Virus record (IMG/VR): IMGVR_UViG_3300028590_000001
Direction: 5' to 3' (one strand)
Length of the DNA stretch: 64,000 nucleotides
From: an uncultured virus (IMG/VR IMGVR_UViG_3300028590_000001)
Lineage: Duplodnaviria; Heunggongvirae; Uroviricota; Caudoviricetes
The translations under genes were made by a program, and so were the position numbers. Under the pieces are notes generated by a model. It had not been told where the DNA came from. It was given only the letters and a program-made list of their open reading frames with translations, and searched no databases. Shown piece after piece: positions 10,315-19,283 of this stretch (positions within the stretch are counted from its first letter, which is position 1; each line of letters begins with the position of its first letter).

Positions 10315-11037
10315 TCACCTCACTGTCGGGGGCGACGCCATCGCCCGGGGGTTCACGGCGGACAGCCAGAGGTCGATCTCGGAGATGCCCGTCTTGCCCG
10401 TGGTGTAGATGTCGGTGGGGTCGACCATCTGGTACGTCACGCCCTGCCGGGACACCGTCTGCACGCGGCGCGGCAGCGCGCACTTGCCCCCGGCGCAGGC
10501 AGTCAGGAACTCCTTGGCCAGCAGCCCCACCAGGTTGGCGGTGCCTTCCGGCGGCGGGAAGCCGCGCGTGTACGTGATCGACCACGTACCCGGCTCGTCC
10601 AGCGGGGCGGCCAGATTCTGGCTCGGCCACTTCGCACCGATGCGGTACAGCAGATCACCTTCCAGCCGGTACTCAGTGTCGAGCAGGACCACGCCGTCGA
10701 TCACCACCTCGATGATCTCCTGCACCGGCAGCGCCGCCCCGACGCCCAGGTGCACCACGTACGGCGAAAGCCAGCTGCACTTCGGCCCGCACCCGCAGAA
10801 GGTGTTGCGCCAGTTGGCCCCGTCCCAGAACGCCAGGAGGGCGGTCTGATCCCAGGTGTACGGCCCGCAGCTCTGTGGACACGGCCGCACCGTGACGGGG
10901 CACACCCCGAACTGCCTGCCCGACAGCGCCCACAGAACCTGGACCGCCAGGTTCTCGGCGGCCGTCTGCTGCGCGATGCCCACTTCATCGGTGACGATCG
11001 GAAGGCAGGTCCGATCGACTGGCCAGCTGCACGACAT
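10315..11037 (-). CDS. Head-to-tail adaptor
   Basis: LWALSGRQFG, LPRRVQTVSRQGVT and TGISEIDLWL motifs typical of actinophage adaptors. Confidence 0.75.
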   Translation of the reverse strand: MSCSWPVDRTCLPIVTDEVGIAQQTAAENLAVQVLWALSGRQFGVCPVTVRPCPQSCGPYTWDQTALLAFWDGANWRNTFCGCGPKCSWLSPYVVHLGVGAALPVQEIIEVVIDGVVLLDTEYRLEGDLLYRIGAKWPSQNLAAPLDEPGTWSITYTRGFPPPEGTANLVGLLAKEFLTACAGGKCALPRRVQTVSRQGVTYQMVDPTDIYTTGKTGISEIDLWLSAVNPRAMASPPTVR

Positions 11038-11068
11038 ACGGCCAGGCTAGTCGGGCTGCGCGCAGGGG

Positions 11069-11098
11069 TTGCACAACGCACGGACACCGTGCTAAGGT
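11069..11098 (+). promoter_or_regulatory. Promoter with palindromic operator (type copy of a 21-copy motif)
   Basis: TTGCAC-aac-GCACGGACACCGTGC-TAAGGT, then CACCAACC and RBS GAGGAG. Confidence 0.8.
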
Positions 11099-11127
11099 GG
11101 TACCACCACCAACCACGAGGAGTTCAA

Positions 11128-11325
11128 ATGTCCATCACCTTCGCCGCCGCTCGCGCCCACACCCTCGACATCTTCGCCACAGCCCACGACGACACCCTGA
11201 TCTACGAGTACGACGTAGACGCGCTGGCCGCGCAGATCGAGCACCTGGTCAACAACGAGGACGGCCAGCTGGACATCATGACCGGCGCGGAGTTCTGGGC
11301 CATCGCGGAGCCCTACCGCTGGTGA
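11128..11325 (+). CDS. Small hypothetical protein, moron-like, antisense to the virion operon
   Basis: MSITFAAARAH... 65 aa with its own promoter, RBS and terminator. Confidence 0.75.
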   Translation: MSITFAAARAHTLDIFATAHDDTLIYEYDVDALAAQIEHLVNNEDGQLDIMTGAEFWAIAEPYRW

Positions 11326-11338
11326 CCCTCTGAACGGA

Positions 11339-11370
11339 CAATGCCCCCGGACCGAAGTCCGGGGGCATTG
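11339..11370. terminator. Hairpin terminator between convergent genes
   Basis: CAATGCCCCCGGAC-cgaa-GTCCGGGGGCATTG perfect 14-bp stem. Confidence 0.75.
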
Positions 11371-11413
11371 CCACACCACGAGAGGAATCCGAAAAGCCCT
11401 CCCAGCCAGGCTA

Positions 11414-12550
11414 CTACACCTGACCGCCCTCGGCGGTGGTGGTGACCACCACGGTCGGAGAGGTGCCGCCGGTCAGGCCGGAGTCGTCCGCCGTCATCTG
11501 CGGGACGTTCTCGCCTGCGTACTGCCCGGTGGCCGCGAACGTCACAGTGACGGGCGTGCCGGGCAGCGGACCACCGGCGGTGGTCGTGTCCAGAACCTCC
11601 AGGTTGGACAGCCCATCCAGCGCGGTCTTCAACGCGGCTGCGGTCGCGTCGTAGGCGATCGGTGCCGTGGTCTGACCGTCGAAGGTCAGCGTGAAGGTAC
11701 CGCCGGTGGGGGTGCCGGTGATGGTCACGGTCTGGACCTCGGTCGAACCACAGACCGGCTGCGCCGGTGCGATGTCGGCCGCAGGCTCACCCAGCGGACC
11801 ACCGAAGTAGAAGTCCGGGTCGGTGAAGGTGCCGGGGATGTCCAGCGGGCAGCACTCCGCACCCGGGGTCACCTCCGGCGGCGCGATCGGGGTGCGCAGG
11901 ATGATCAGCTGATCGTCCTCACCCACGGGGGTGATCAGACGGCCTGCGGTATCCAGCGCGTCCACCGGCACGACGTTCCAGGGGCCGCGACCCCACTGCG
12001 GACCGGCGAACGAGATGCCGGTCAGCGTGAAGGTGGAGACCTGCGCACCGATCTCGATGTCACCCAGCACGAACTCCGTGCCGAAGGTGAGGATGTAGCC
12101 GTAGTCCCGGCCGCTGCCGGTCGACGCGAAGATGTCGTCGTTGGCGGGGGTCGGGCAGTCACCGGCCGCCTTGCCACCGGTCCACAGCTCCAGCGCCACA
12201 CCGAAGTCGGACTCGACCCGGCGCTGGTCACGGAAGCCGACCGCATTGCCTTCCCAGTCCAGCTCCTGCTGCCACGAGGAGAACAGCGTGATGAGGCAGG
12301 TGTTCACTTGGCACAGGACGAGCGTCAGGTTGTAGTACTTGCGCTCCGGCGGGGTGCGGTCGAGCACGCACTGACGGCCCTCCGCGTTCCGCTGCTCCAG
12401 CTCCTCGGCCTCCTGGAAGACCGGCGAGATGGTGGCCGAGACGTAGCCATCGGTGACGACGTAGTTGCCTGCGCCCGACTGGGGCAGACCACAGTTGTTG
12501 ACCTTCGTGGCCCGCATGCGCGGGCTCTTGACCATGGGGAACGTAGCCAC
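11414..12550 (-). CDS. Major tail protein with C-terminal appended domain
   Basis: 378 aa; RMRATKVNNCGLP and WGRGPWNV motifs; RBS GAAGGAAGG. Confidence 0.85.
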   Translation of the reverse strand: MATFPMVKSPRMRATKVNNCGLPQSGAGNYVVTDGYVSATISPVFQEAEELEQRNAEGRQCVLDRTPPERKYYNLTLVLCQVNTCLITLFSSWQQELDWEGNAVGFRDQRRVESDFGVALELWTGGKAAGDCPTPANDDIFASTGSGRDYGYILTFGTEFVLGDIEIGAQVSTFTLTGISFAGPQWGRGPWNVVPVDALDTAGRLITPVGEDDQLIILRTPIAPPEVTPGAECCPLDIPGTFTDPDFYFGGPLGEPAADIAPAQPVCGSTEVQTVTITGTPTGGTFTLTFDGQTTAPIAYDATAAALKTALDGLSNLEVLDTTTAGGPLPGTPVTVTFAATGQYAGENVPQMTADDSGLTGGTSPTVVVTTTAEGGQV

Positions 12551-12635
12551 GGTTAGACCTTCCTTCGTGCGGGTCCGGGAGCAAACCGGAGTTCGACATG
12601 TCGATACGAGGCCATGTCGTCACTGTAGACACGCA

Positions 12636-13040
12636 CTACGCAGCGGCGGCCGGTTCCCCACGCAGGACTCGAACAACCGTCAACACAAGGTTTAGACCGG
12701 CGATGGCCAGGCCCAGATACAGCAGTTCGCGGAGGTCGTCGCTCCACCAGAAACGTGCCGTCCAGATGTACAGGGTCAGCAGGTGAGCGGCGACGCCGAA
12801 GTACGCCAGCACCGCCCAGAACACCGCGCGCGAAGCGGGCTCCCGCCGCCACGTGGACTTCACCCCGTAGATGAGGGTGAACAGCCCGGACTCCACGGTG
12901 GTGACGGCGAGGAACACGATGGTGCCCACGCGAGGGGTATCCACGGCGATAACCAGGATGATGCCCACCGCCAGAGCGAAGGTGTTGATGATGTGTGCAC
13001 CTCTAGTGGAGGTGAAGAGTTTGCCCAGCATGGCGGTCAT
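12636..13040 (-). CDS. Multi-pass membrane protein (holin-like)
   Basis: 134 aa with about 4 hydrophobic segments. Confidence 0.65.
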   Translation of the reverse strand: MTAMLGKLFTSTRGAHIINTFALAVGIILVIAVDTPRVGTIVFLAVTTVESGLFTLIYGVKSTWRREPASRAVFWAVLAYFGVAAHLLTLYIWTARFWWSDDLRELLYLGLAIAGLNLVLTVVRVLRGEPAAAA

Positions 13041-13261
13041 TCTCCGCTGTTGCGCCGCTTGAAGCCCGTTCGTAGCTGGCGTGTGAAGCCGTTGATTTGG
13101 GCTTTCTCTACGAGGAACCCCGTCATCTGGTCGATGTGCGGGGCGAGAGCCACCTGTTCACTGGTGACGGCCTGCGCTTCCGCGCAGACCCTCTCCATCT
13201 CGACGTAGTCCGTGTGGGTCCACGGAATCAGACGGTGCAGCATGTCAGACCACTTCGTCAT
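13037..13261 (-). CDS. Hypothetical protein of the membrane cassette
   Basis: 74 aa ending ...INGFTRQL; overlapping start/stop coupling. Confidence 0.6.
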   Translation of the reverse strand: MTKWSDMLHRLIPWTHTDYVEMERVCAEAQAVTSEQVALAPHIDQMTGFLVEKAQINGFTRQLRTGFKRRNSGE

Positions 13262-13511
13262 CTTCGCCGCCTACCGCGTCGGGGAGCGCGTCCAGCACCT
13301 GTACCGCCGCGTTGTTGCCGCGCAACAGCTGCGCGTTGTTCCGTTGCAGCACATCGTTCGCCTTCTGTAGGTGCTCGATGACGAGGTCTTTGTCTGCCAG
13401 CCTTCCGCGAACGATCTTCAAGGGAATCAAGTACCCCGTCATGATCATCACTACACACAGCCCGAGAAGCCCGGAGGGTGTGAGTGACAGGTAGGGGGCC
13501 AGGTCCGTCAC
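13245..13511 (-). CDS. Membrane protein (N-terminal TM plus coiled coil)
   Basis: GTG start after GAGAGGAG; PSGLLGLCVVMIMTGYLIP hydrophobic segment. Confidence 0.65.
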   Translation of the reverse strand: MTDLAPYLSLTPSGLLGLCVVMIMTGYLIPLKIVRGRLADKDLVIEHLQKANDVLQRNNAQLLRGNNAAVQVLDALPDAVGGEDDEVV

Positions 13512-13567
13512 CGGCGCGGGACTCCTCTCACCCCCGTAGTCGGCATGTCGGCCCCCTCCCCAGTGGG

Positions 13568-13834
13568 CTACTGCGGTGTCTCTGATGTTGCCGACTTCGG
13601 CGCGGTGGTCCGCTTCGCCGCTGCCTTCTTGACCGGGGCGACCAGCCCCGCTTCGACGGCGATGGACTCCGGCACGATGTACACCTTGCGCGGACCGGAC
13701 CGCGTGTCGATGTCGATCATCGCGGGACCGCCCACCCGCAGCAGCGCGGCCAGCGCCTCGCCGCGCTTGTTCTTGTCCAGGAACTCGATCCGGGCGAAGC
13801 CGCCCTCTACCTCGATTGCAATGCCTTCGGCCAT
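13568..13834 (-). CDS. Hypothetical head-associated protein
   Basis: 88 aa after the capsid genes; RBS AAGGA. Confidence 0.65.
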   Translation of the reverse strand: MAEGIAIEVEGGFARIEFLDKNKRGEALAALLRVGGPAMIDIDTRSGPRKVYIVPESIAVEAGLVAPVKKAAAKRTTAPKSATSETPQ

Positions 13835-13843
13835 GGTCTGTCC

Positions 13844-14635
13844 TTACGGAGTCGGCGGGGTGATGGTGACGGCCTTGATGGCGCACTCATACGCCGGGAC
13901 GATCACCTGCTCTGCCAGTGCGTAGACGGAGTTGTTGTGCAGCGGCACCGGTGACGTGCCCGTGGTGACGCTGCCCCGGAAGGGGGTATCGCGCCAGAGG
14001 TACAGCGGACCGGTGGCGACCAGCGTGTTGCCCAGGACGCTGGCGTACCCGCCGCCGAACACCCAGCCGTGTCCCATCGGAGAGCGCAGAATGGCCCCGG
14101 TCTGGTTCGTCCAGCGGTACTGGCTGGCAGGCGCAGCCCAGCGGCGCGCCGCGTGGATGTAGCCGGTGTAGCCCTGCTCGCCCATGAACTCTTCCAGGAC
14201 GCCGATGGCCTCCTCCAGAGAGGCGACAACCTGCGGTGCCCCGGCATCCGCCAGCAGCCGCGCGCCGAACACGGACTCCACCAGCAGCGGAGCGTGCAGC
14301 CGCAGCGTCTGGTCGGCGCGCGCCTGCGCCTCGGCTTCGGTGGTGTCGGTGGCGCACTCGTCCGCCGCCCACACGACGACGGGTTCGAACGTGTCGCTGT
14401 CCAGCGCGCGCTCGGCTTCCTTCACGGCGGGCGAACCCGCCACGCAGGCGTCGGAGTCGTACGTGCCGAAGCCCTGGTCACAGTTGAACGGGCGCACCTT
14501 GACGCCCTGGATGTGGCGGCGGCTGTCGTCGCCGCTGCCGGTCTCGATGATGGTTGCGGCGGCGAACAGCCCGTAACCCGCAGGGTTGACGGGTCCAGCT
14601 TCGTAGAACACCGGCGCGAGTACGGGGGTGGTCAT
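13844..14635 (-). CDS. Major capsid pentamer-type protein
   Basis: 263 aa following the large capsid gene, as in cluster-B-like phages with separate hexamer and pentamer genes; call by synteny and size. Confidence 0.65.
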   Translation of the reverse strand: MTTPVLAPVFYEAGPVNPAGYGLFAAATIIETGSGDDSRRHIQGVKVRPFNCDQGFGTYDSDACVAGSPAVKEAERALDSDTFEPVVVWAADECATDTTEAEAQARADQTLRLHAPLLVESVFGARLLADAGAPQVVASLEEAIGVLEEFMGEQGYTGYIHAARRWAAPASQYRWTNQTGAILRSPMGHGWVFGGGYASVLGNTLVATGPLYLWRDTPFRGSVTTGTSPVPLHNNSVYALAEQVIVPAYECAIKAVTITPPTP

Positions 14636-14663
14636 GTCAATCTCCTGTCAGGCGTGGATAGCT

Positions 14664-14709
14664 GAACGGGAGAGCGATCGACGGCCTCTTGCCGACCGCT
14701 CTCCCGTTC
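14664..14709. terminator. Stem-loop between the two capsid genes
   Basis: GAACGGGAGAGCG...CGCTCTCCCGTTC 13-bp stem. Confidence 0.6.
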
Positions 14710-14743
14710 GCGGACACCGCTCCGGTTTCCCGGCTCAGTGTGT

Positions 14744-16777
14744 CTACACGCCACCCTCGGCCGTGACCAGCACCACCGGAACGGTAGTTGCGTCGCCGCC
14801 GGTCAGGGCGCTGCCGTCGATCAGCATCTTCGGCTGATCGCCACCGGCGTAGCGGCCCTGGAAGGTGACGGAAACCGCCGTACCGGGCAGCGCGCCGCCG
14901 CTGGTGGTGGTGTCGCCGACCTCCAGGTTGGACAGGCCGTCCAGGGCGGTCTTCACAGCCGCAGCGGTCGCGTTGTACGCGATCGGCGCGGTGGTCTGGC
15001 CGTTCCAGGTCAGGGTGAAGGTGCCACCGGTCGGCGCGGTGCCGGTGATGCCGACGCTCTGGACCTCGTTGCCCGGGGTGTTGCAGGTGACGCTGTCCTG
15101 CGCACCGTAGGCACCGTTCGGGCAGATCGGCACGGTGACCACGAGCGACTCGTTGCAGCGCTTGCCGACCGCGTACGCATCCTCCGTGAAGAACCGGGTG
15201 TACCGGTTGATCTGGAGCAGCTCACGCGGGTACAGGACGCCGAACTCGATCACGTTGGACAGCGCGCGGAACCAGGTGCCCGCCGGGTACAGCATGACCT
15301 GGACGGTGCCGGGGTACTCCACGGTCGCCAGGTTGCCCGGCTGGCCGACGCCACGGGTCTGCCAGTCGGCGACGAACTGGAGGCTGATGTTACGAGCCGA
15401 CAGCCAGCCGTTGATCTGGGAGTCGGTGATGTTCTTGGTCTCCACACCCTGCTGATTCGCCAGGTCCGCGCGAACGACCTCGTGCAGCCACGACGGGGCG
15501 ACGCCCTCGATGGTGGCGGTGCGGGCGAGGCCCTTGTTCAGGCGCAGGTTCATCGCCATCAGCGCCAGGCTGTTCAGGATGGAGCTACCCGCCGCCAGCT
15601 GCGTGGCCTCCGGGATGATGACCGGCGTCGAGCCCGCGACCATGTCCAGGATGGTCCGGCGCGACAGCGCGCGGAAGTGCTCCTGGGTCAGGCTGCGCAT
15701 GAACCAGTCGATCAGCTCCGGCCAGCCCTGCGTCTGGAGGATGCCCGCCTCGACGCAGTAACCCACCGCGTTCAGGCGGATTTCCTCGAACTCGTCGGGG
15801 CACGGAATCTCCACGCACTCCTTGAGCGGCGGGGGATCGGCCTCGAGCTGGGGCTCGGTGAAGAAGAACTCGAACGACTCGAAGATGCCGGACAGGTCGG
15901 GCTCCACCGGCCAGCGCACGCCGCCACGGCGGATGGTGATCTCCGGCAGCGCGATCAGGTCCGACGCGACCGGGACTTCACAGAAGTCGTACAGCTGCTC
16001 GGACGGGGCGCACCAGCCACCGGCCGCGACAAGGCTGCCGGACTCGTCGTACTGCGGCGCACGCATGTTGGAGATGTCGGTCGCCTTCTCGATCGCGGCG
16101 ACCAGTTCGTGCGAGTCGTCCACCATCTCGACACTGCGCGTCAGGGTGAACAGCGCCTGCGCGGCGTAGCTGCCACGGTCGTCGCGGTTGGCGCGCGGGC
16201 GGTGGTTGCTGCGGACAGAGTCGATCGACTCTGCCAGGTGGCGATAGCCGACGAAGCCGGTCTTGTAGCCACGGGTGCCCGGGACCATCTCGAAGCCGAC
16301 GTTGTCGGTGCTGCCGGTGCCGCGCGGAATGACGGGCTTCTTGCCCTTGCCGGTGCCCGCGAAACTGGTCCGCTTGGCCGGAGTCTTGGTGCCAGCGGCG
16401 ACCAGTTCCTTACCCGCAGCCTCTTCGATGATGGCTTCGGCTTCCTGGACGGCCTCCTCGACCGGGGCGTCTTCCTCGTCCGCCTCGACCTCGTCGGCGT
16501 CGGCGTCGTCTTCGTCGCCCAGCAGCTCGGCGATCTCGGCGGCGCGCGCCTCGTCGGCGGCCTGCGCGGTGACGAGTGCGGTGTCCAGTGCGGCGATGCT
16601 CTCGGCGAGCACGCGCAGGTCGGCCAGCTCCTCGTCGGACAGAACAGTGCCCGCCTTGACAGCGGCGCGGACCTCGTCCAGAACTTCCTGTGCTTCACCG
16701 CGCAGGGCGGTGAGGTCTTCGGTACCGGTGGGCAGTTCCTCCGGCAGCTTGAAAGGCATGATGACTCCTTCGATCAC
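14744..16777 (-). CDS. Major capsid (hexamer-type) protein with N-terminal scaffold-like region and C-terminal appended domain
   Basis: Acidic coiled-coil N-terminus; LVAAGGWCAPSEQLYDFC; GILQTQGWPEL. True start may be MPFKLPEEL about 18 nt downstream. Confidence 0.85.
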   Translation of the reverse strand: MIEGVIMPFKLPEELPTGTEDLTALRGEAQEVLDEVRAAVKAGTVLSDEELADLRVLAESIAALDTALVTAQAADEARAAEIAELLGDEDDADADEVEADEEDAPVEEAVQEAEAIIEEAAGKELVAAGTKTPAKRTSFAGTGKGKKPVIPRGTGSTDNVGFEMVPGTRGYKTGFVGYRHLAESIDSVRSNHRPRANRDDRGSYAAQALFTLTRSVEMVDDSHELVAAIEKATDISNMRAPQYDESGSLVAAGGWCAPSEQLYDFCEVPVASDLIALPEITIRRGGVRWPVEPDLSGIFESFEFFFTEPQLEADPPPLKECVEIPCPDEFEEIRLNAVGYCVEAGILQTQGWPELIDWFMRSLTQEHFRALSRRTILDMVAGSTPVIIPEATQLAAGSSILNSLALMAMNLRLNKGLARTATIEGVAPSWLHEVVRADLANQQGVETKNITDSQINGWLSARNISLQFVADWQTRGVGQPGNLATVEYPGTVQVMLYPAGTWFRALSNVIEFGVLYPRELLQINRYTRFFTEDAYAVGKRCNESLVVTVPICPNGAYGAQDSVTCNTPGNEVQSVGITGTAPTGGTFTLTWNGQTTAPIAYNATAAAVKTALDGLSNLEVGDTTTSGGALPGTAVSVTFQGRYAGGDQPKMLIDGSALTGGDATTVPVVLVTAEGGV

Positions 16778-16857
16778 GTTGTTTCAGTTGACTGCCGAAC
16801 CCGCCCTCGGCCCGAAGCCAGACAAGACGTGTTGCTGGTCGTCACAGTAGATGAGGA

Positions 16858-17040
16858 CTACGCAGCGGATTCCACACGGCGAATCGTGCCGCCGCCCGCG
16901 CGTCGAACGGCGCGCTTGGCTTCCAGTGGAGAAAGGAACGTAGTCGTTTCGGAACCGTCCGCCGACGTGTACTGGTACACGTAGGTCGCACCGGAGGGCG
17001 CGGCGTTGCGGAGACGTCCTTTGTTGCAGGCGCAGGCCAT
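16858..17040 (-). CDS. Small conserved head-operon protein
   Basis: MACACNKG...AKRAVRRAGGGTIRRV 60 aa between protease and capsid genes. Confidence 0.65.
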   Translation of the reverse strand: MACACNKGRLRNAAPSGATYVYQYTSADGSETTTFLSPLEAKRAVRRAGGGTIRRVESAA

Positions 17041-17042
17041 GG

Positions 17043-19283
17043 CTATCCCATCCGATCCAGAATCGCGGCGGTCTCCCGCTTGTTGATCGACGCCAGCAGC
17101 TCCCGCGCTTCGGCCTCGCGCCGGTCGGCGGCGCGCATCTCTGCCACGATGGCCTTCGCCAGCACGACGGGGTCCGCTGCCAGCGGCGCGGTCTTGTCCC
17201 GGCACGGGCCGATCGCGGCCACGAGCGACATCGGGGCGTCGTCGGCGTCGGTCGCGCCGGACGCGACGATCGGGAAGCCCGGAGTGTTCACCGCCAGCGC
17301 GGCCACCAGTTCCAGATTCCCGCCGACACGCCGCCAGTCGCCGGACAGCGGTGCGCTCAGGCCCTGGGCGATCTGCTGTTGCGTGGCACCCGGCGCGGCC
17401 ACACCGCTGAACCAGATGCCGTGCTCGTCCTCGCCCACGTGGACGAGCGCGAACGCCGTGCCCACGTCGTCGTAGTGCGCCACGGCCGGGCCGACGCCCA
17501 TGCGCGGACCGGCGTGCCCGCCGCCCACGGTCAGACGGCCGACCTTGGCCTTGCTGCCGTCGCTGGTCTTCACCGGCGGGGAGGTGTGGAACCAGGCGTA
17601 GTCGGTCTGGCTGCGGGGAGCCATCACGCAGGTGTCCTGGATGCCGATGTGGCACACGTTGAACGCGGCCAGGTGCCCCTGGATGCGGCCGTCCGCCGTG
17701 ATGTGCGGCAGCGTCGGTTCGGTGAAGCCGGGGTCGGTGAAGAACGCCGGGTCGTAGACCGGGTCCTCCACGACGGGGACCTCCATGCCCGCAGCGGCCA
17801 CCAGCGCGTCCTCGCCGCGCTCCACCATCTCGCCCAGCTTGATCGACGTGGAACCGAACGCCGGAATGGCCACCAGCGTGGCACCCAGCATCTTGGCGGC
17901 CAGCACGGTCTCCACGACCTTCATGTCCGGGTCGTCCCACAGGTCGTCCCAGTCGATGGGGTCGCCGTCACCGTTCCGCAGTTCCCAGTCCACCGAACCC
18001 AGGTCCACGGACGGCGCGGTGACGCCGTGCTCGATCTCTGTCGCCGCTTCGGCGGCCTCGGGGGTGTTCAGCATGTAGCCCGCGCCGACGACCTCGGTGC
18101 CGACGACTTCGGCGCTCTCGATCACCGCCACGGTGTAGCTGTTGTAGTGCCCACCGGCGGACATCTTCTGCCACTGGAGCGGCAGCGGGAAGTCCCGGAA
18201 GGTGAGGTCGATGTCCGACGCGAACATGCGGCCGTCGTCGGTCTCTTCGCCGATGACCGCCAGCACGCTGGTGAAGCTGCGGTATTGAGCCATTGTCTTC
18301 TCCTCGGAGGTGTCTTCGGCCATCGTGCCATCGGCGTGCGAATCGGCCAGCTCGTAGAGTTCCGCCGACGGCGCGCACCAGCCGCCGTCTGCCGTCAGGT
18401 CTCGCTGCACCACGCTGGCGAACACCCGGCACCGGCAGTTGATGGTGTTGTCGTAGCTGCCCAACGGGTCACCAGGGAACCGCAGGTCTTCACCGCCGAC
18501 GCTGAACGCCTCACCGAGCGGCACCTTCTGGCCATCGGCCTCGGCGTGCGCCGCGCGGGTGTGCGTATCCAGAATGGCGACCCATTCCTTCTCCAGCCGC
18601 AGCCCGGACATGTTGGCCGCCTCGGTGGTGGCGGTGTTCAGCGCGGCGGTGGCCTGCGTCTGGCCGGTCTCGTCGGCCACGTCCTGCCACTCGCCGGGGT
18701 CCAGTGCTTCGCGGGTGTCCTCACGGGCGGCCGGAGCGTCGGGCACTTCCTGGTTGATGCCGGTGATCCGGCGGAACGCGCGGTCCACCATGCTGGCCAG
18801 CCGCCCACGCACATCGTCCACGTGCTGGGACACCAGACCGCGCAAGCTCGGCACCGTGCTGATACGGGACTCGGTGACTTCGGGGTCCATGCCGGTGATC
18901 CGCCGCCGCAGCGTGCTTCGCACCTTGCGCGTCAGCGTGTCACGTGACGGGAGCCCGGCCGGTGCGGCAGCTACGGCGGCTGCGGCCACGGCGTCGCCAG
19001 CGGGCAGCAGAAGCCCATCGGTCAGCGCGGTGAACGCCTTCTCTGTGGCGTGCGCGGTGATCAGCCCGATGCCGTACAGCACCACCGCCTCCATCAGGTA
19101 CGCCCATTGCGGCTCGGCGTCGGCCGCGCCGCTCGGGTCGGGCGGCGGCTCCCCGGCAGCGCGCAACACCTGCGCCTCGGCCAAGGGCAGCCACAGCTCC
19201 AGGCAGTAGTCCATCAGTTCGGAGATGGCGCGTTCCGTCTCCAGCTGATCCAGCAGCGCGGCGGCATGGTTCGGTGGGTACAT
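17043..19283 (-). CDS. MuF-like minor capsid / capsid maturation protease fusion
   Basis: ATG overlaps the portal stop; KEWVAILDTHTRAAHAEADGQ...INCRC (MuF) then protease domain (ETDDGRMF, LSGDWR). Confidence 0.85.
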   Translation of the reverse strand: MYPPNHAAALLDQLETERAISELMDYCLELWLPLAEAQVLRAAGEPPPDPSGAADAEPQWAYLMEAVVLYGIGLITAHATEKAFTALTDGLLLPAGDAVAAAAVAAAPAGLPSRDTLTRKVRSTLRRRITGMDPEVTESRISTVPSLRGLVSQHVDDVRGRLASMVDRAFRRITGINQEVPDAPAAREDTREALDPGEWQDVADETGQTQATAALNTATTEAANMSGLRLEKEWVAILDTHTRAAHAEADGQKVPLGEAFSVGGEDLRFPGDPLGSYDNTINCRCRVFASVVQRDLTADGGWCAPSAELYELADSHADGTMAEDTSEEKTMAQYRSFTSVLAVIGEETDDGRMFASDIDLTFRDFPLPLQWQKMSAGGHYNSYTVAVIESAEVVGTEVVGAGYMLNTPEAAEAATEIEHGVTAPSVDLGSVDWELRNGDGDPIDWDDLWDDPDMKVVETVLAAKMLGATLVAIPAFGSTSIKLGEMVERGEDALVAAAGMEVPVVEDPVYDPAFFTDPGFTEPTLPHITADGRIQGHLAAFNVCHIGIQDTCVMAPRSQTDYAWFHTSPPVKTSDGSKAKVGRLTVGGGHAGPRMGVGPAVAHYDDVGTAFALVHVGEDEHGIWFSGVAAPGATQQQIAQGLSAPLSGDWRRVGGNLELVAALAVNTPGFPIVASGATDADDAPMSLVAAIGPCRDKTAPLAADPVVLAKAIVAEMRAADRREAEARELLASINKRETAAILDRMG

